From Macrostomum hystrix (lineage: Eukaryota; Animalia; Platyhelminthes), in NCBI GenBank assembly GCA_950097015.1, contig CATNEN010000008.1, positions 3,038,001 to 3,102,000 of the forward strand: 64,000 nucleotides of DNA, in the 5' to 3' direction. Below the pieces are notes generated by a model. That model did no database searches, was not told the DNA's origin, and was given only the letters and a program-made list of their open reading frames with translations. Positions 12,053-25,300 of this stretch are shown here, one piece after another. Numbering within the stretch: the stretch's first letter is position 1; every line of letters begins with the position of its first letter. Position numbers and translations under genes: made by a program.

Positions 12053-13227
12053 GGTGCCAGGCATTTCGGTGACAGGGCTTTTCGGTATAGTGCATTTTGG
12101 TACCAGTCAGTGCTTTTCGGTGACTTAATTTTCGGTACAGTGCATTTCGGTACCTGCTTTTCAAACAGTGCCTTAAATAGACAAGCATTAAAGAGTAAAT
12201 ACTATACTAGCTCCCCTGTTAGTATTCGTGTGAATACGTATTTTAACGGTATATTTTAACGAGAATATTTTAATATTTTAACGAGAACAACAAAAAGACA
12301 TTGCTGAAATACAATGTACTGCAACGTTCCAGTACATATACAGTTACAAGATTTTCCTGTTTAGTAACGACACTCAATGCCAATTAAATTGTCAATTGTC
12401 CATGCACAAAGTTGCACAAAGTCAAGTTGATTAGCAATATCTGTGGACAAAGTTCTAAAGAGAAAACGATAAAACAATAGGGATAGATGCACCTGTAAAG
12501 GTCATTGCTAAAATACATCCAGACAAGATCTGGAACTAAGAAGATCTAGGCAACCAGTGCCAGACGTGTATCAGTTATTTTCCGACAAAGCGGCTGCAAG
12601 TAGCCAGCAGCTGGTTGACAGTCAGAAGGCCCTCAGAAAACTGTCCCCAGGCATTATGTATGTTAGCCTGCATTGTGCGGTAAGCAACGCGCTGCCTGCA
12701 TCGCAGGGCCCCCCTCGAGACGAGCTGCGCATTCATTGGTATCGTGCTCGCTTCAGAGGAGAGCAGTTTTAGCAGAATGTAAAACTGTAGAGTGCTGCGC
12801 CCAGCTTTGGCATTCAATCGTCGGTGGTACCCTTCGACGTCATTGTTGGAACAAATGGCACGGCCGAATACACTGACGTCTTCTGCAGTCCAGAAACTGT
12901 CTGCTGACAACCAGGTACTGCGATTATAGTCGCAGACAGCGATCAAGCGGGAAAACAAATCTAATTTTGTTCCGTGATCAGCTCCCATTATTTGTTCCTA
13001 TTGTGCTTATTTTTAGAGACACTACTATTATTTGCACCGTTCCATTTTTCTAGTATTGCATCAATCGAAATTATTGTATCATTTTGGCTTCGCAGGTTGT
13101 TTACCTGTGCCAAAATATCTACTACTACCACTAAAACTACTACTATAATTCAGCGGTACCGAAAAGCACTGACTGGTACCGAAATGCACTGTACCGAAAA
13201 GCCCTGTCACCAAAATGCATGGAATCC
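12053..13227 (-). mobile_element. Internally deleted Mutator-like (MULE) DNA transposon, 1175 bp
   Basis: Imperfect TIRs at 12053-12121 and 13158-13227. 9-bp direct repeat TTCTCCTTG at 12044-12052 and 13228-13236. Contains a transposase C-terminal fragment. Confidence 0.88.
12575..12988 (-). pseudogene. MULE transposase C-terminal fragment (137 aa)
   Basis: YNRSTWL...W...SNNDVEGYHRRLN resembles the RTNNxxEGWHxxLN motif (third catalytic E) of MULE transposases. The upstream DD part is absent. Confidence 0.75.
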
Positions 13228-14996
13228 TTCTCCTTGGGCAGTTAGGCTCATCCTATAATTAGGGCCTAATATTAATAATTTTCAATAGTTCCCATGTTTC
13301 TAGTTAATCCCATTTATGTCCTGCTTAGTGTGGAATTCCTATGTATTGGGGTCCCTGCAAAAGTCTTTAGTTTTTCTTAAGGCCATCCAATTATAAATAT
13401 GAGTAATCTTAAATAGATCCTCTTGACTCTACTGAAGTTGAATCCTATTTATTTGCTAACACCTAACAAAAATTTTCTTGAAAAATGCATAATTCCCTAT
13501 ATGACACAAAGGTGTGGTCATCCTGTAACAGGAAAGCAATTCGATAGAAAGTGGTTGCAGATAAAACAAAAAGGTTTTCTCTTTTGAACTCTGTACATAA
13601 AAACATTTATAGACAGATTTATGCACCTACTAAAACTGGAACTATTTTATAAGATTAAAGTTCAAGAAGCCCCAGCAAAGAACCAGAGACTTTAAATGAA
13701 AACATCTGAAAAACTTCTTGGCTTATTTGCATTTCTGAAGGGCTATTTTGTAGCAAAGACATGTATTCAAGATGTAAATAATTCTCATGTCATATGGAAC
13801 AAGTATAAGGTCACAGCACTCATTTGTTTAATGTCAATGGTATGATGAAAGCAGTAAAGAAGCAGAGAAAACACACTTTAAATTAGAATATCTGAGAATA
13901 TCAAGAAAAGTACTTTGTTAATTTGTGTGTTTGAGGTGTCATTTTGTAGTAGGGACATGCATCAAGCAGTTATAGCAGTATCTGGTGAAATAATTGATCG
14001 ATGCCTTTAGGTGAGGCAGAAAGGATCATAATACACATCCAGAAAACCATCAGATCACACTTTATAAGTTTCTACAGTTTCTGCTACATATCCTCAGAAT
14101 AACTTAATAGCCAGAACAACTCAAGATTTTTTATGCCTGTCTATATTTTCAGCCTTTGTCTAGCCTATGAAGCACATAAAAATTTCACATACCAATTTTT
14201 ATCTATAGTCCTAGGGCTTCATGGTACTTTTATATGTGACATTTTTTGCCTTTGGCTTTGGTCTGCTATAAGGAAAGATCTAAAACTGTAGTCCCCTTTG
14301 GACTTGCAAAAATTAGTCTATTGAAATTGTTTATTTAACAAGAGATAAAACATTGCTTGTCTCTTTTCTAGAGATTTTCATATGTCAAAATTTGTGTAAC
14401 AATCACTTTTTATGAAATACTTGTATGTAGATTCTTCTAAAAAGAACTCTACTATTTAAACATGATTTGTATACGTAGCCATACATTGGGACAATTAGTG
14501 AAGCATTTATAATTATTTATGACCTTTCCTATGTACTTTATTAGAGAACTCTATATATTGGCTTTTCTTTTTCTTAATTGGCACTAATGTCTGAAGGTCT
14601 ACCTTATAAGAGTTGTGAGTCAGCAAAGCAAAGCTGCTTAAAATCTATCAGATAGCATTACAGTTTTTACTTATCCAATATGCAAAATCTTAGCCTTTAT
14701 GCAGGATGATTCGAGTTCACTAGCTACAAGTTTTAATAAGCTTGCTAATTGTGGCAATCTAGTGGATAGATATTCAATTCCGAGTATTTTCTTATCCTTG
14801 TTTAAATTGTTTAAAATAGCACTTATGAATCAACAGGTAATTTTTTTTAATTAAAAAGGCTATTTAAGGTATTCGAAAAATTTCATCAGTTTTCATTGTG
14901 AAATAGATCTATAGAAGTTAAGTTGGAAAAAATTTCTCCTTCTTGCAACTGCAGCAGAAGCAGTAGGTGTCAGAAAACTGCACTACAGTCTCAACA

Positions 14997-16686
14997 ATGT
15001 CGGTCGCAGACGATGACGCATTCAACAGGCTGGCTAGCAGCATCGACAGCCAGATTGACAGCGTCAAGAGCAACGCCAACCAGATCAGGGCGCTCGCCCA
15101 GGCGGTCGGAACCGAGCGGGACTCGTCGGACAGGCGGCAGCAGCTGCACTCGCTGACCCATGCCACCCGCTCGCTGTGCCAGAAGGCGGCCGATCAGCTG
15201 CGGGACGAGCTGGCGCCGATGTGCATCGGATTGGCCGGTGGTGCCAGGCGGGCGCAGAAGGACCGCCTGGTTGACAAGCTGGCTAAGGCGGCAGGCGACT
15301 TTCAGGTCTGCTTTGGGTCTGAGCGGGTCAGCAGAGTTAGTGCGCGCATGCTAGGTTAGGTCAGGTCAGCAAGGCAGGTCAGTGGTAGGTCAGCAAGGCA
15401 GGTCAGTGGTGGGTCAGCAAGGCAGGTCAGTGGTGGGTCAGCAAGGCAGGTCAGTGGTGGGTCAGCAAGGCAGGTCAGTGGTGGGTCAGCAAGGCAGGTC
15501 AGTGGTGGGTCAGCAAGGCAGATCAGTGAATGGCTCATTAAGGAAATTAGCTGAGTACGTCATCGACCCTTGCCCAAACCCATCCAGGAGGCGCAACGGA
15601 TTGTCCAGTCGCGCGAACGCGAGCTGGTTAATAAACAACGCCGCGCCGCAAGCGGCCTCGAAGCGGCCTTCAGTGGCCAGTCGCAGCCTCTGTCGGAAGA
15701 TCTTGACAATTCAAATCCGTTCACTCTGGAGGCTGCGCAGCAGCAGGCTCAGGCGACTGCCCAGCTGGATCTGCGGGCTGCTGAGGAAAGAGAAAGCCAA
15801 CTGCGGCAGCTGGAACAGGACATTGTCGGTGTGTGGCTGCGCTTGTCACAGCTAAGACTCAACCTGTCCTCACCACTGCGAGCCACACCCAGTCCTCACC
15901 ACTGCTGAGCCACACCCAGTCCTCACCACTGCTGAGCCACACCCAGTCCTCACCACTGCTGAGCCACACCCAGTCCTCACCACAGCTGAGCCACACCCAG
16001 TCGTCACCACTGCTGAGCCACACCCAGTCCTCACCACTGCTGAGCCACACCCAGTCCTCACCACTGCTGAGCCACACCCAGTCCTCACCACTGCTGAGCC
16101 ACACCCAGTCCTCACCACTGCTGAGCCACACCCAGTCCTCACCACAGCTGAGCCACACCCAGTCGTCACCACAGCTGAGCCACACCCAGTCCTCACCACT
16201 GCTGAGCCACACCCAGTCCTCACCACTGCTGAGCCACTCCCAGTCCTCACCACTGCTGAGCCACACTCAGTCCTCACCACAGCTGAGCCACACCCAGTCC
16301 TCACCACTGCTGAGCCACACCCAGTCCTCACCACTGCTGAGCCACACCCAGTCCTCACCACTGCTGAGCCACACCCAGTCCTCACCACAGCTGAGCCACA
16401 CCCAGTCGTCACCACACCCTCGCAAACCTATCTTTCTGCAGGCATCAACGAGATGTTCAAGGACCTGGCTCAGATGGTGCACGAACAGGGCGACATGATC
16501 GACTCGATCGAGGACCACGTTGGGCAGGCGGTCATGCAAGTCGAGGAGGGCAACAAGAACCTGAAGCAGGCGGTCACATATCAGAAGTCTGCTCGGCGCA
16601 AAAAGATCATCATTGCGGTTGTGGTGATTGTGGCGCTGGTCATTTTGGCTATCATTATCTACTTTGCTGTGCCAAAGCCCAAGTAA
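14997..16686 (+). CDS. STX7/12: Syntaxin-7/12-like Qa-SNARE, 264 aa; exons 14997-15305, 15588-15828, 16442-16686
   Basis: GT-AG introns in phases 0 and 1 keep the frame. Helical Habc-like N-terminus, SNARE motif [32 protein letters not shown], C-terminal TM IIIAVVVIVALVILAIIIYFAV. Confidence 0.93.
15358..15527. repeat. 24-bp minisatellite in syntaxin intron 1 (GGTCAGCAAGGCAGGTCAGTGGTG)
   Basis: About 7 tandem units. Confidence 0.92.
15880..16415. repeat. 27-bp minisatellite in syntaxin intron 2 (CACACCCAGTCCTCACCACTGCTGAGC)
   Basis: About 20 tandem units. Confidence 0.95.
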
Positions 16687-16869
16687 CAAATATTTTTCGG
16701 CAAAATAAACTAGCTTTTTCTGTGCTACGAATATTTGCTTTGCTTGGCCTAACGATCAAAACCCGAGGCCCACCTCACTGCTCCCTTACCGGTGCGAGTC
16801 GGACGGTACTCACGTTTAGGTGAAATTCTGTTTGGTATAAATCAATTCAAGTTCGTGTGCATGACAATG

Positions 16870-17745
16870 CATCAGTTCTGTGCGCTGGAGTGACACAGCA
16901 TCAGTTCTGTGTGTGCTGGAGTGACACAGCATCAGTTTTGTGTGTTGGAGTGACACAGCATCAGTTTTGTGTGTGCTGGAGTGACACAGCATCAGTTTTG
17001 TTTGTGCTGGAGTGACACAGCATCAGTTCTGTGTGTGCTGGAGTGACACAGCATCAGTTTTGTGTGTGCTGGAGTGACACAGCATCAGTTCTGTGTGTGC
17101 TGGAGTGACACAGCATCAGTTTTTGTGTGTGCTGGAGTGACACAGCATCAGTTTTGTTTGTTGGAGTGACACAGCATCAGTTCTGTGTGTGCTGGAGTGA
17201 CACAGCATCAGTTTTGTTTGTTGGAGTGACATAGCATCAGTTCTGTGTGTGCTGGAGTGACACAGCATCAGTTTTGTGTGTTGGAGTGACACAGCATCAG
17301 TTTTGTGTGTTGGAGTGACACAGCATCAGTTTTGTGTGTTGGAGTGACATAGCATCAGTTCTGTGTGTGCTGGAGTGACACAGCATCAGTTCTGTGTGTG
17401 CTGGAGTGACACAGCATCAGTTTTGTTTGTTGGAGTGACATAGCATCAGTTCTGTGTGTGCTGGAGTGACACAGCATCAGTTTTGTGTGTTGGAGTGACA
17501 CAGCATCAGTTTTGTGTGTTGGAGTGACACAGCATCAGTTTTGTGTGTTGGAGTGACATAGCATCAGTTCTGTGTGTGCTGGAGTGACACAGCATCAGTT
17601 CTGTGTGTGCTGGAGTGACACAGCATCAGTTCTGTGTGTGCTGGAGTGACACAGCATCAGTTCTGTGTGTGCTGGAGTGACACAGCATCAGTTTTGTGTG
17701 TTGGAGTGACACAGCATCAGTTTTGTGTGTTGGAGTGACAGTTCT
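16870..17745. repeat. 29-32-bp minisatellite (GGAGTGACACAGCATCAGTTYTGTGTGTGCT) downstream of syntaxin
   Basis: Tandem periodicity with a variable TG tract. Confidence 0.95.
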
Positions 17746-18204
17746 GTGTGTGCTAACAGAAGTAAGATTTCATAAAGAATTTCATCAGCAGGACAGGAAG
17801 CAGCCATATCATTTGTCAGGTATCGTAACTCTTTATTACTTTTTTGCATATAGAGCAACCGCTAATGTACAATCTTTTATCGATTTTCTATTTCTGTACA
17901 TGAATTTTTGTTCCTGCTGTGATTATTTTATGGGGCCGTGTGCTCAATGTTGCCCAGGCTGCTGCTGTGTAGAGAGTGACATCCTTAAGGGCGCAGTACA
18001 GATTAACAGATCCGTCATGCTCAGTTAATGACACAATGAAGCCTGTATGAAAAAAAATTTACTTCTCTGTGGCTTTCAAAGATCAATTAAAAGATTAATT
18101 TATCCAGATCAGCTCACAATTATACAATCTCTTGGCATAACTACTTTTACTAGCTTTTTTATTTTTGTCACAAACATTTTACCTACAAGTTCTTCGGGTA
18201 TCTC

Positions 18205-18600
18205 ACCCATCCACTGACCTTCATGTGTCTGACCCATCCACTGTCCTTCAGGCATCTGATCTGACTCATCCACTGTCCTTAATGCATCTGACCCATCCAC
18301 TGTCCTTCATGCATCTGACCCATCCACTGTCCTTCAGGCATCTGATCTGACCCATCCACTGTCCTTCATGCATCTGATCTGACCTATCTACTGTCCTTAA
18401 TGCATCTGACCAATACACTGTCCTTCATGCATCTGACCAATCCACTGTCCTTCAGGCATCTGACCCATCGACTGTCCTTCGTGTGTCTGACCCATCCACT
18501 GTCCTTCGTGTGTCTGACCCATCCACTATCCTTCGTGTGTCTGACCCATCCACTGTCCTTCGTGTGTCTGACTCATCCACTGTCCTTCAGATATCTTGAC
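18205..18600. repeat. ~27-bp minisatellite (CATCTGACCCATCCACTGTCCTTCATG variants)
   Basis: Tandem periodicity. Confidence 0.9.
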
Positions 18601-19365
18601 CCATCGATATATAGCATGCAACTTTTTTATTAAATTTTGATTTCAATTTCGCATTCCATATCTGCTTATGTAGCTGGCTATCCAAGCTATTTCAATGCGG
18701 CTGTTTCCTTATAACTATTCAGTTGAATATTTTTTTTTCATAAAAATTGTTAATTTTTTACAAAATATGGTACCCCTCGATTGTTGTGCTTTATAAACAA
18801 GCCAGCTTCTGTACGCGTTTTAAGTACTTTAAAACCATTACATTTGCTATCTAAACGGTTTATTTATTGCTTACTACTATGAGTAGACACTGAGTTGCGA
18901 TAAAAGCATACATTCGAGCTATTTAGTTTTTTAAGAAGGATCGTATATATTTACATCAGTGGCTAATGCTAAATGTCACAAATCGGAATACTTTGTGTAT
19001 AATCGTTTTGGTTTTGTAGATAAAGAAAAATATCAAAGTCGGCGTATTTGTTATCTTTATCTTAAAAAGCCCATAGTTTTCCAGAAAGTTACCTTCCAGC
19101 TCCATTTTTAGATTAATAAAACCGAATATCAACTCTGACAGGGCTATAGAATGCTGTTGAGTAGAGGTAGATTGGTGTGGGTCAGGGGTAGAATAGAGTA
19201 GAGCACGGGTAGAGTAGATTAGGGCAGGGGTAGAATGTTGTAGGTCAAGGGTAGAATGAGGGTAGAATGGTGTAGATCACAACGAATCCTTGCACCTGCT
19301 CAGTGCTGATCATCACAGATACCTAAACGCATCCGGTGAATTGTTTTCGCAGTCCCTCAGTCTCA

Positions 19366-22300
19366 ATGGCAGCTCTGGCTCTGAACCCTTTGAATCAAAG
19401 CATTGGTGGCACCGGCAGCGGAGGCGCGTTCTCGCCGCTCACGCTGTTTGAATGCACCATCACCAACGCCACGATGCTGGTGGACAGCATGCCGGTCCGA
19501 GACTTGCTGGCCGCCTTTCGCATCGTCTCCCAGCTGGGCGCGCACGTTGCCGAAGTGCTGGAGCCGCAGGTTGGCCGTCTGGCAGACTCTGCTGACGATC
19601 AGCAGGCTACGGCTGCTGCGCCAGCCTCGGCATCCGGAGTCGGGCTGCATCGGGTGCATCAGCAGCCGCCACCGCCGCCAACACTGCCGTCTCAGCAGGC
19701 AGTGCCGCCAACTCAACCGCTCTCCTTGAAGCGAGAATTTTTCGACGAAGAAGACGACGAAGAGCCACCGGATGCTGATTTCTGCGGAATCGGCATCGGC
19801 GGCGGTCTGGGTGGATCGTTCTGCTACGACGACGCCAGCGGCTCCAGCGCAGCTGCTGGTCCAACATCCGCCAAAACCATGCGGCGCAGCTCCACGGATG
19901 TCGCCGGAGCCGGCGCCCTGGTGGCCGAGACTGGCGAGCTGTCTGCCGAGTGGAAGGTAGGGGGCAGTAGCTAGTGGCCTGATTGCAGTTAATTCTGATG
20001 AGGATGACTTGTCGTATTTGCTGGGGCTGCCCCTACCCAGCGTCCATAATTTATATATAGAATTCTTTATACTTATAATTTATACTTTAAGTGAAGGTAT
20101 GCTAATTGTCCTACTCATGTAGTTAAAGTCTTCGGTAAAAATGTTTCCTAAAAATTCCACTGTATGCCCTATTCTATTCTTTAGAGTTAGGTATCAGGTA
20201 TCAGTCTAGTAAATTACTACGTATAATTATGATATCGGCAAAGCTTTTTTGACCCTTTGTGACGCTGCAGCGGCGGCTTTGGATGATACGCACGTGTGAT
20301 AATCACCGGAGCACCCTCCTACCTGTTGTAAATCTTCGCACCTGGTGTGCTGACTTTTTATCTTATCAGTTAATTACGTGCTATTTAGAATGGCGCGTTC
20401 TTGTTTAAATTTTAAATATAGTATTTAAAAGTAATTAATTATATTTTTATGGCCTCGTTGCAAATAGGTTTTGCATTGCGCGAACCTGCTTAAACCCACA
20501 GAGCATCCTGCGCAGGGCCTACCGCGTTCTTAAAGATGAAACTGGTAACAATCTGTTCGATTTTGCCCTACCCTATTCGGCTAGAGTCAACCTGGAAGCC
20601 GCCAATCGGGTGATTGATAGGGCAAGAACAATGGCCACAGAAAGTGTGCCGGCCAGTCATTTGACAGCATGGACCAGTGAGTTCATGTTTATGTTAAATT
20701 TATTTAGTGCTGATGCTTCGACTATAAATGTCTTAATTTGTCTTGTGCAATTCGTTAATATGTATCACATGCACCAACCAACAACATAAACGGACGTTGC
20801 AGGGCTCTACAGATTTGAAGAATTATCTGTGTGACTTTAGATCTTATGAATGAAATTTTTCTTTATACTTTTATCGACTTATTTATTGACAATCTAGCGC
20901 ACAGAAAGTGAAGCCGGACCACCTTTGTATTTCTATGAATTAATTAACTAATTAATATTCAATTATTGCTACTTATAACATCTTACAGTTGATAATTAAT
21001 ACATTGTCTCCCATTCGCAGACTGCAACAGTCCTTTAGTTTAACGATTAAGCCAGACAGGCAACAAGCAAAAGCAAAACAAGACTTTTGTTTACCAACTT
21101 TCCCAGCACTGTGTCGGAGGTACACCCGACTGTACTTTAAGGACACCCTAAAGCGTACATACGCCTCTGAGAACTGTAAACAGAGGAACAGCGACGTTAT
21201 CAACTTTACTTATCCTGTAAGCTGTGTAAAGATCTGTGTCAAATTAATATTAGGATTAGTAATGAAGTAAAAGCACTGCAGCTCCCGTTTTATTTACTTC
21301 GATTTGATTCTATCTACTGACTGCCTATTTAACCAATTTAAAGAATTCGCCAATTATTATCTGTCTATATACTACAACAAGACGTTAAAAGCTAACTTTT
21401 GGCGTCGGAGGAAACCATTTTCTGTTGGAGTTCTCTTTGTGAGTAGTAGGTCCTACTAACATTTTTCACTTTTAATCTTAGAGCCTGTAACAGTTTTTGT
21501 AAAATCTTTACAATTTATAAATAATCTTCCAAACTTACTAGTTTACCCATTATCTGCAATCCGTAGGTATGTGCTCAAAATATATGAGCACTTATTTCTA
21601 CTGCACTCTGGTGTCAAATAGAAAAAAGAAGCTTAAGTCTAAGAAATGGGACGCACAGTGCAGAGCATTGTCTGTAAGTACAACTTACAAAATTGTTACT
21701 CTTAGGGCGTCTCTAACTAGACCATTAGGACTTTGGACGAATGCAAGGCAGCTCTTAGGGTGCTTACTCTGTACACACAATGATTCATTATCTGTTCAGA
21801 GTAGTACCCGAAAGCATTTCAACCTTGTCCGGACGGCTTGACCTGGGAGATCATTCATATCGTAGGGTGGATGAGTTTCGTGGCGAAGCGGGACGTTTTC
21901 AATGTACACCAAACTTTAGTATGGCGTTTGTGTATACAAAGAAAACGCCCGCCTGTTAAGCTTCCACGATTATCGATACATCGGTAGTGAGCGGAAATAG
22001 GTTTGGGTTTGGAATGCTAATGATTTACACATTTAGATCAATGAAGAATCAAGAAAGTCCTTGCGGTGCTGTCGTAGTCCATTTGTCGTTCTTAGACACA
22101 GACAAATGGACTTACGAAGCGCCACTGGGAGCAGTCTTCTGTTTTAAAAGTTTGACAAATTGCGACTTACTGAACTCGCCAGAGCGGAGCTGTAACAATT
22201 CACATTCATAGGACTTTCAGTTAGGCCTGAGACCTTCGCTCTTAAAAACTGGATGAGAGAAGGCAATGAAATAGAAACGTCGATAAATTGAAGGCCTTTT

Positions 22301-25300
22301 ATGGAGTCTCTTGACTTTATCTACGACTTTTTATTGGTGTTGGTCGGCTGTTATGCCTTGTCTATCCTACCACCTCCCTCCTTCCGCGGATTGGCCAACG
22401 CGTGGGGTGGGGCCTACGCTTTAGACAGTGGGGGGGTTAAGGCTGCGTGCGAGAAAAGGGGTTAAGGCTGCAAACTGACGCCACCTCACAAACCCTTGCC
22501 TCAATTCAACCCCATGATGTCCAGCTTGACCACGACGGAGTCTGAAACCCTCAAACCCAACGCCAGCACCCACAAACACCCAGCCAAGTAAAATGAAAAA
22601 TGCAACTTGAAATTTTGCGCTTCGTGATCAATAATGACTTTCTAGCAATTTAAGCTACAATTCACTTTCAATAGTATACCGTTACAGAATTTGCACTTCT
22701 TTAATTTGAACTGAGTTAGATTTTAACTGAGTAACATTTTTTCTGTATGCATTCTGTATTTTTTATATACATTGTGTGTCGTTTTTTCGAAAACTATTTT
22801 TATCGGCTTATTCTGGTCTAGGAACTATTCTCATTCGGCAGTGGTTGAACATAAGACAGGCTTCTGGGCTTCTAACCTATTGTCAATCTTCATTCCGCCT
22901 TTATCGTAGAGATTATAGCCAGCGTTATAGTAATCTTTATAATTTCAAATAATCAGAAGTATTGACATTGCAATTAGTAGATTTGAGTAATTCCATCAGA
23001 ATAAAGAAGGAAAGGATGCCCGGATGAAAAACTGCCTAAAAATAGGTCATCGGCCTTAGAAGTTCGCTAGCTGAGGTGATTCGAGGCTTGGTTACTACAG
23101 TTCTAACTTATAAAATATGCTTGAAGCCTGTCTATTATCAAGGTTTAAATGTTTTATGAAACAAACATGTTTGTCTATTTATTGTCTTCTACAACAAAAT
23201 TGTAAGCCGAGCCGAGGGGCAAGTGTTGCTTGGAAAACATTCATAGACCCTAAAATTCAATGACTTGTAACCCTGTGCCCTGAGGCATTCTAAATTTTGA
23301 AAGCACTTTCTACGAGTATAATGCAAGCACTATCTTGTGTTCTCCTTTTTCTCAACTTTAATCATGTTTTAGATTTTGGGTGAATTGAAATGAAAAACCT
23401 GAGGTAATAATTGACGGATTGTCCCTAATTAAACACAAAGCCTTGGTCGATATAGGGCTGAAAGGATCATGGGGTCTTTAAGCCCCTGAAAGAATTAGCG
23501 AGTTGGTGTATAATGTGGACACACGTAAGCATTGTGTCCACACCTTGCCATTGTTCTCTGGTCTTATCTTGGTGCCCACCTGGCTTATCCGAGTCCATTT
23601 TATGACAAAGACGTTTTGTTGATGAAATTTCCTGCACTCTGCCAGATGGTTTACTGTGTGATTTCGCACCTCCTGTTAGCGCATTCAACTTCCCGACCAA
23701 CCTTGATCTCACCTCACTGGCAAATTGCGCAATAGCGTGTACAAATGGCACGTTGTGCTTAGCTCGGCATTGAGTTAGTTGATAAGCTGTCTCGTTTTAG
23801 AGCTTTGTTGGGGTTCGAGTTGGTCTTGTGTGTTGTTTTTGCCACCACCTTTATCGTGTTTGCATCATTGCTTTTCTTATCTTTATAAATATTTGTGTAT
23901 GCAAGACAAAAATTGAGCACCAGTTCAGACAACTCTTATTTGCTTCTAGTTTGTTCCTTTCGATCCAATAATCAGGCATCTCTGGCTTTAGTTTAATAGG
24001 TAGAATACCTCCTGTTTCGGATCATACCAATGCCCACCCACTGCGTCTCATCCCAATGCTCACCCACTGCATCTCATCCCAATGCTCACCCATTGCATCT
24101 CATCCCAATGCTCACCCACTGCACCTCATCCCAATGCTCACCCACTGCATCTCATCCCAATGCTCACTCACTGCATCTCATCCCAATGCCCACCCACTGC
24201 ATCTCATCCCAATGCTCACTCACTGCATCTCATCCCAATGCTCACTCACTGCATCTCATCCCAATGCTCACTCACTGCATCTCATCCCAATGCTCACTCA
24301 CTGCATCTCATCCCAATGCTCACCCACTGCATCTCATCCCAATGCTCACTCACTGCATCTCATCCCAATGCTCACCCACTGCATCTCATCCCAATGCCCA
24401 CCCACTGCATCTCATCCCAATGCCCACCCACTGCATCTCATCCCAATGCTCACTCACTGCATCTCATCCCAATGCCCACCCACTGCATCTCATCCCAATG
24501 CTCACTCACTGCATCTCATCCCAATGCTCACTCACTGCATCTCATCCCAATGCCCACCCACAGCATCTCATCCCAATGCTCACTCACTGCATCTCATCCC
24601 AATGCCCACCCACAGCATCTCATCCCAATGCTCACTCACTGCATCTCATCCCAATGCCCACCCACAGCATCTCATCCCAATGCCCACCCACTGCATCTCA
24701 TCCCAATGCTCACTCACTGCATCTCATCCCAATGCCCACCCACAGCATCTCATCCCAATGCCCACCCACTGCATGTCATCCCAATGGTCTTGCAACCACT
24801 GCATCTCATCCCAATTCCCACCCACTGCATCTCATCCCAATGCCCACCCACTGCATCTCATCCCAATGCTCACTCACTGCATCTCATCCCAATGCCCACC
24901 CACTGCATCTCATCCCAATGCCCACCCACTGCATCTCATCTCAATGCCCACCCACTGCGTCTCATCCCAATGCCCACCCACTGCATCTCATCCCAATGCT
25001 CACTCACTGCATCTCATCCCAATGCTCACTCACTGCATCTCATCCCAATGCTCACTCACTGCATCTCATCCCAATGCCCACCCACTGCATCTCATCCCAA
25101 TGCCCACCCACTGCATCTCATCCCAATGCCCACCCACTGCGTCTCATCTCAATGCCCACCCACTGCATCTCATCTCAATGCTCACCCACTGCATCTCATC
25201 CCAATGCCCACCCACTGCGTCTCATCTCAATGCCCACCCACTGCATCTCATCCCAATGCCCACCCACTGCATCTCATCCCAATGCTCAACCACTGCGTCT

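Noticed and set aside
1-17745. Regular 20-32-bp repeats as a CRISPR array
   Set aside because: Units are contiguous with no unique spacers, there are no cas genes, and the context is eukaryotic and intronic.
22431-22471. GGGGTTAAGGCTGC direct repeat as a piggyBac end
   Set aside because: No matching inverted end or transposase remnant found.
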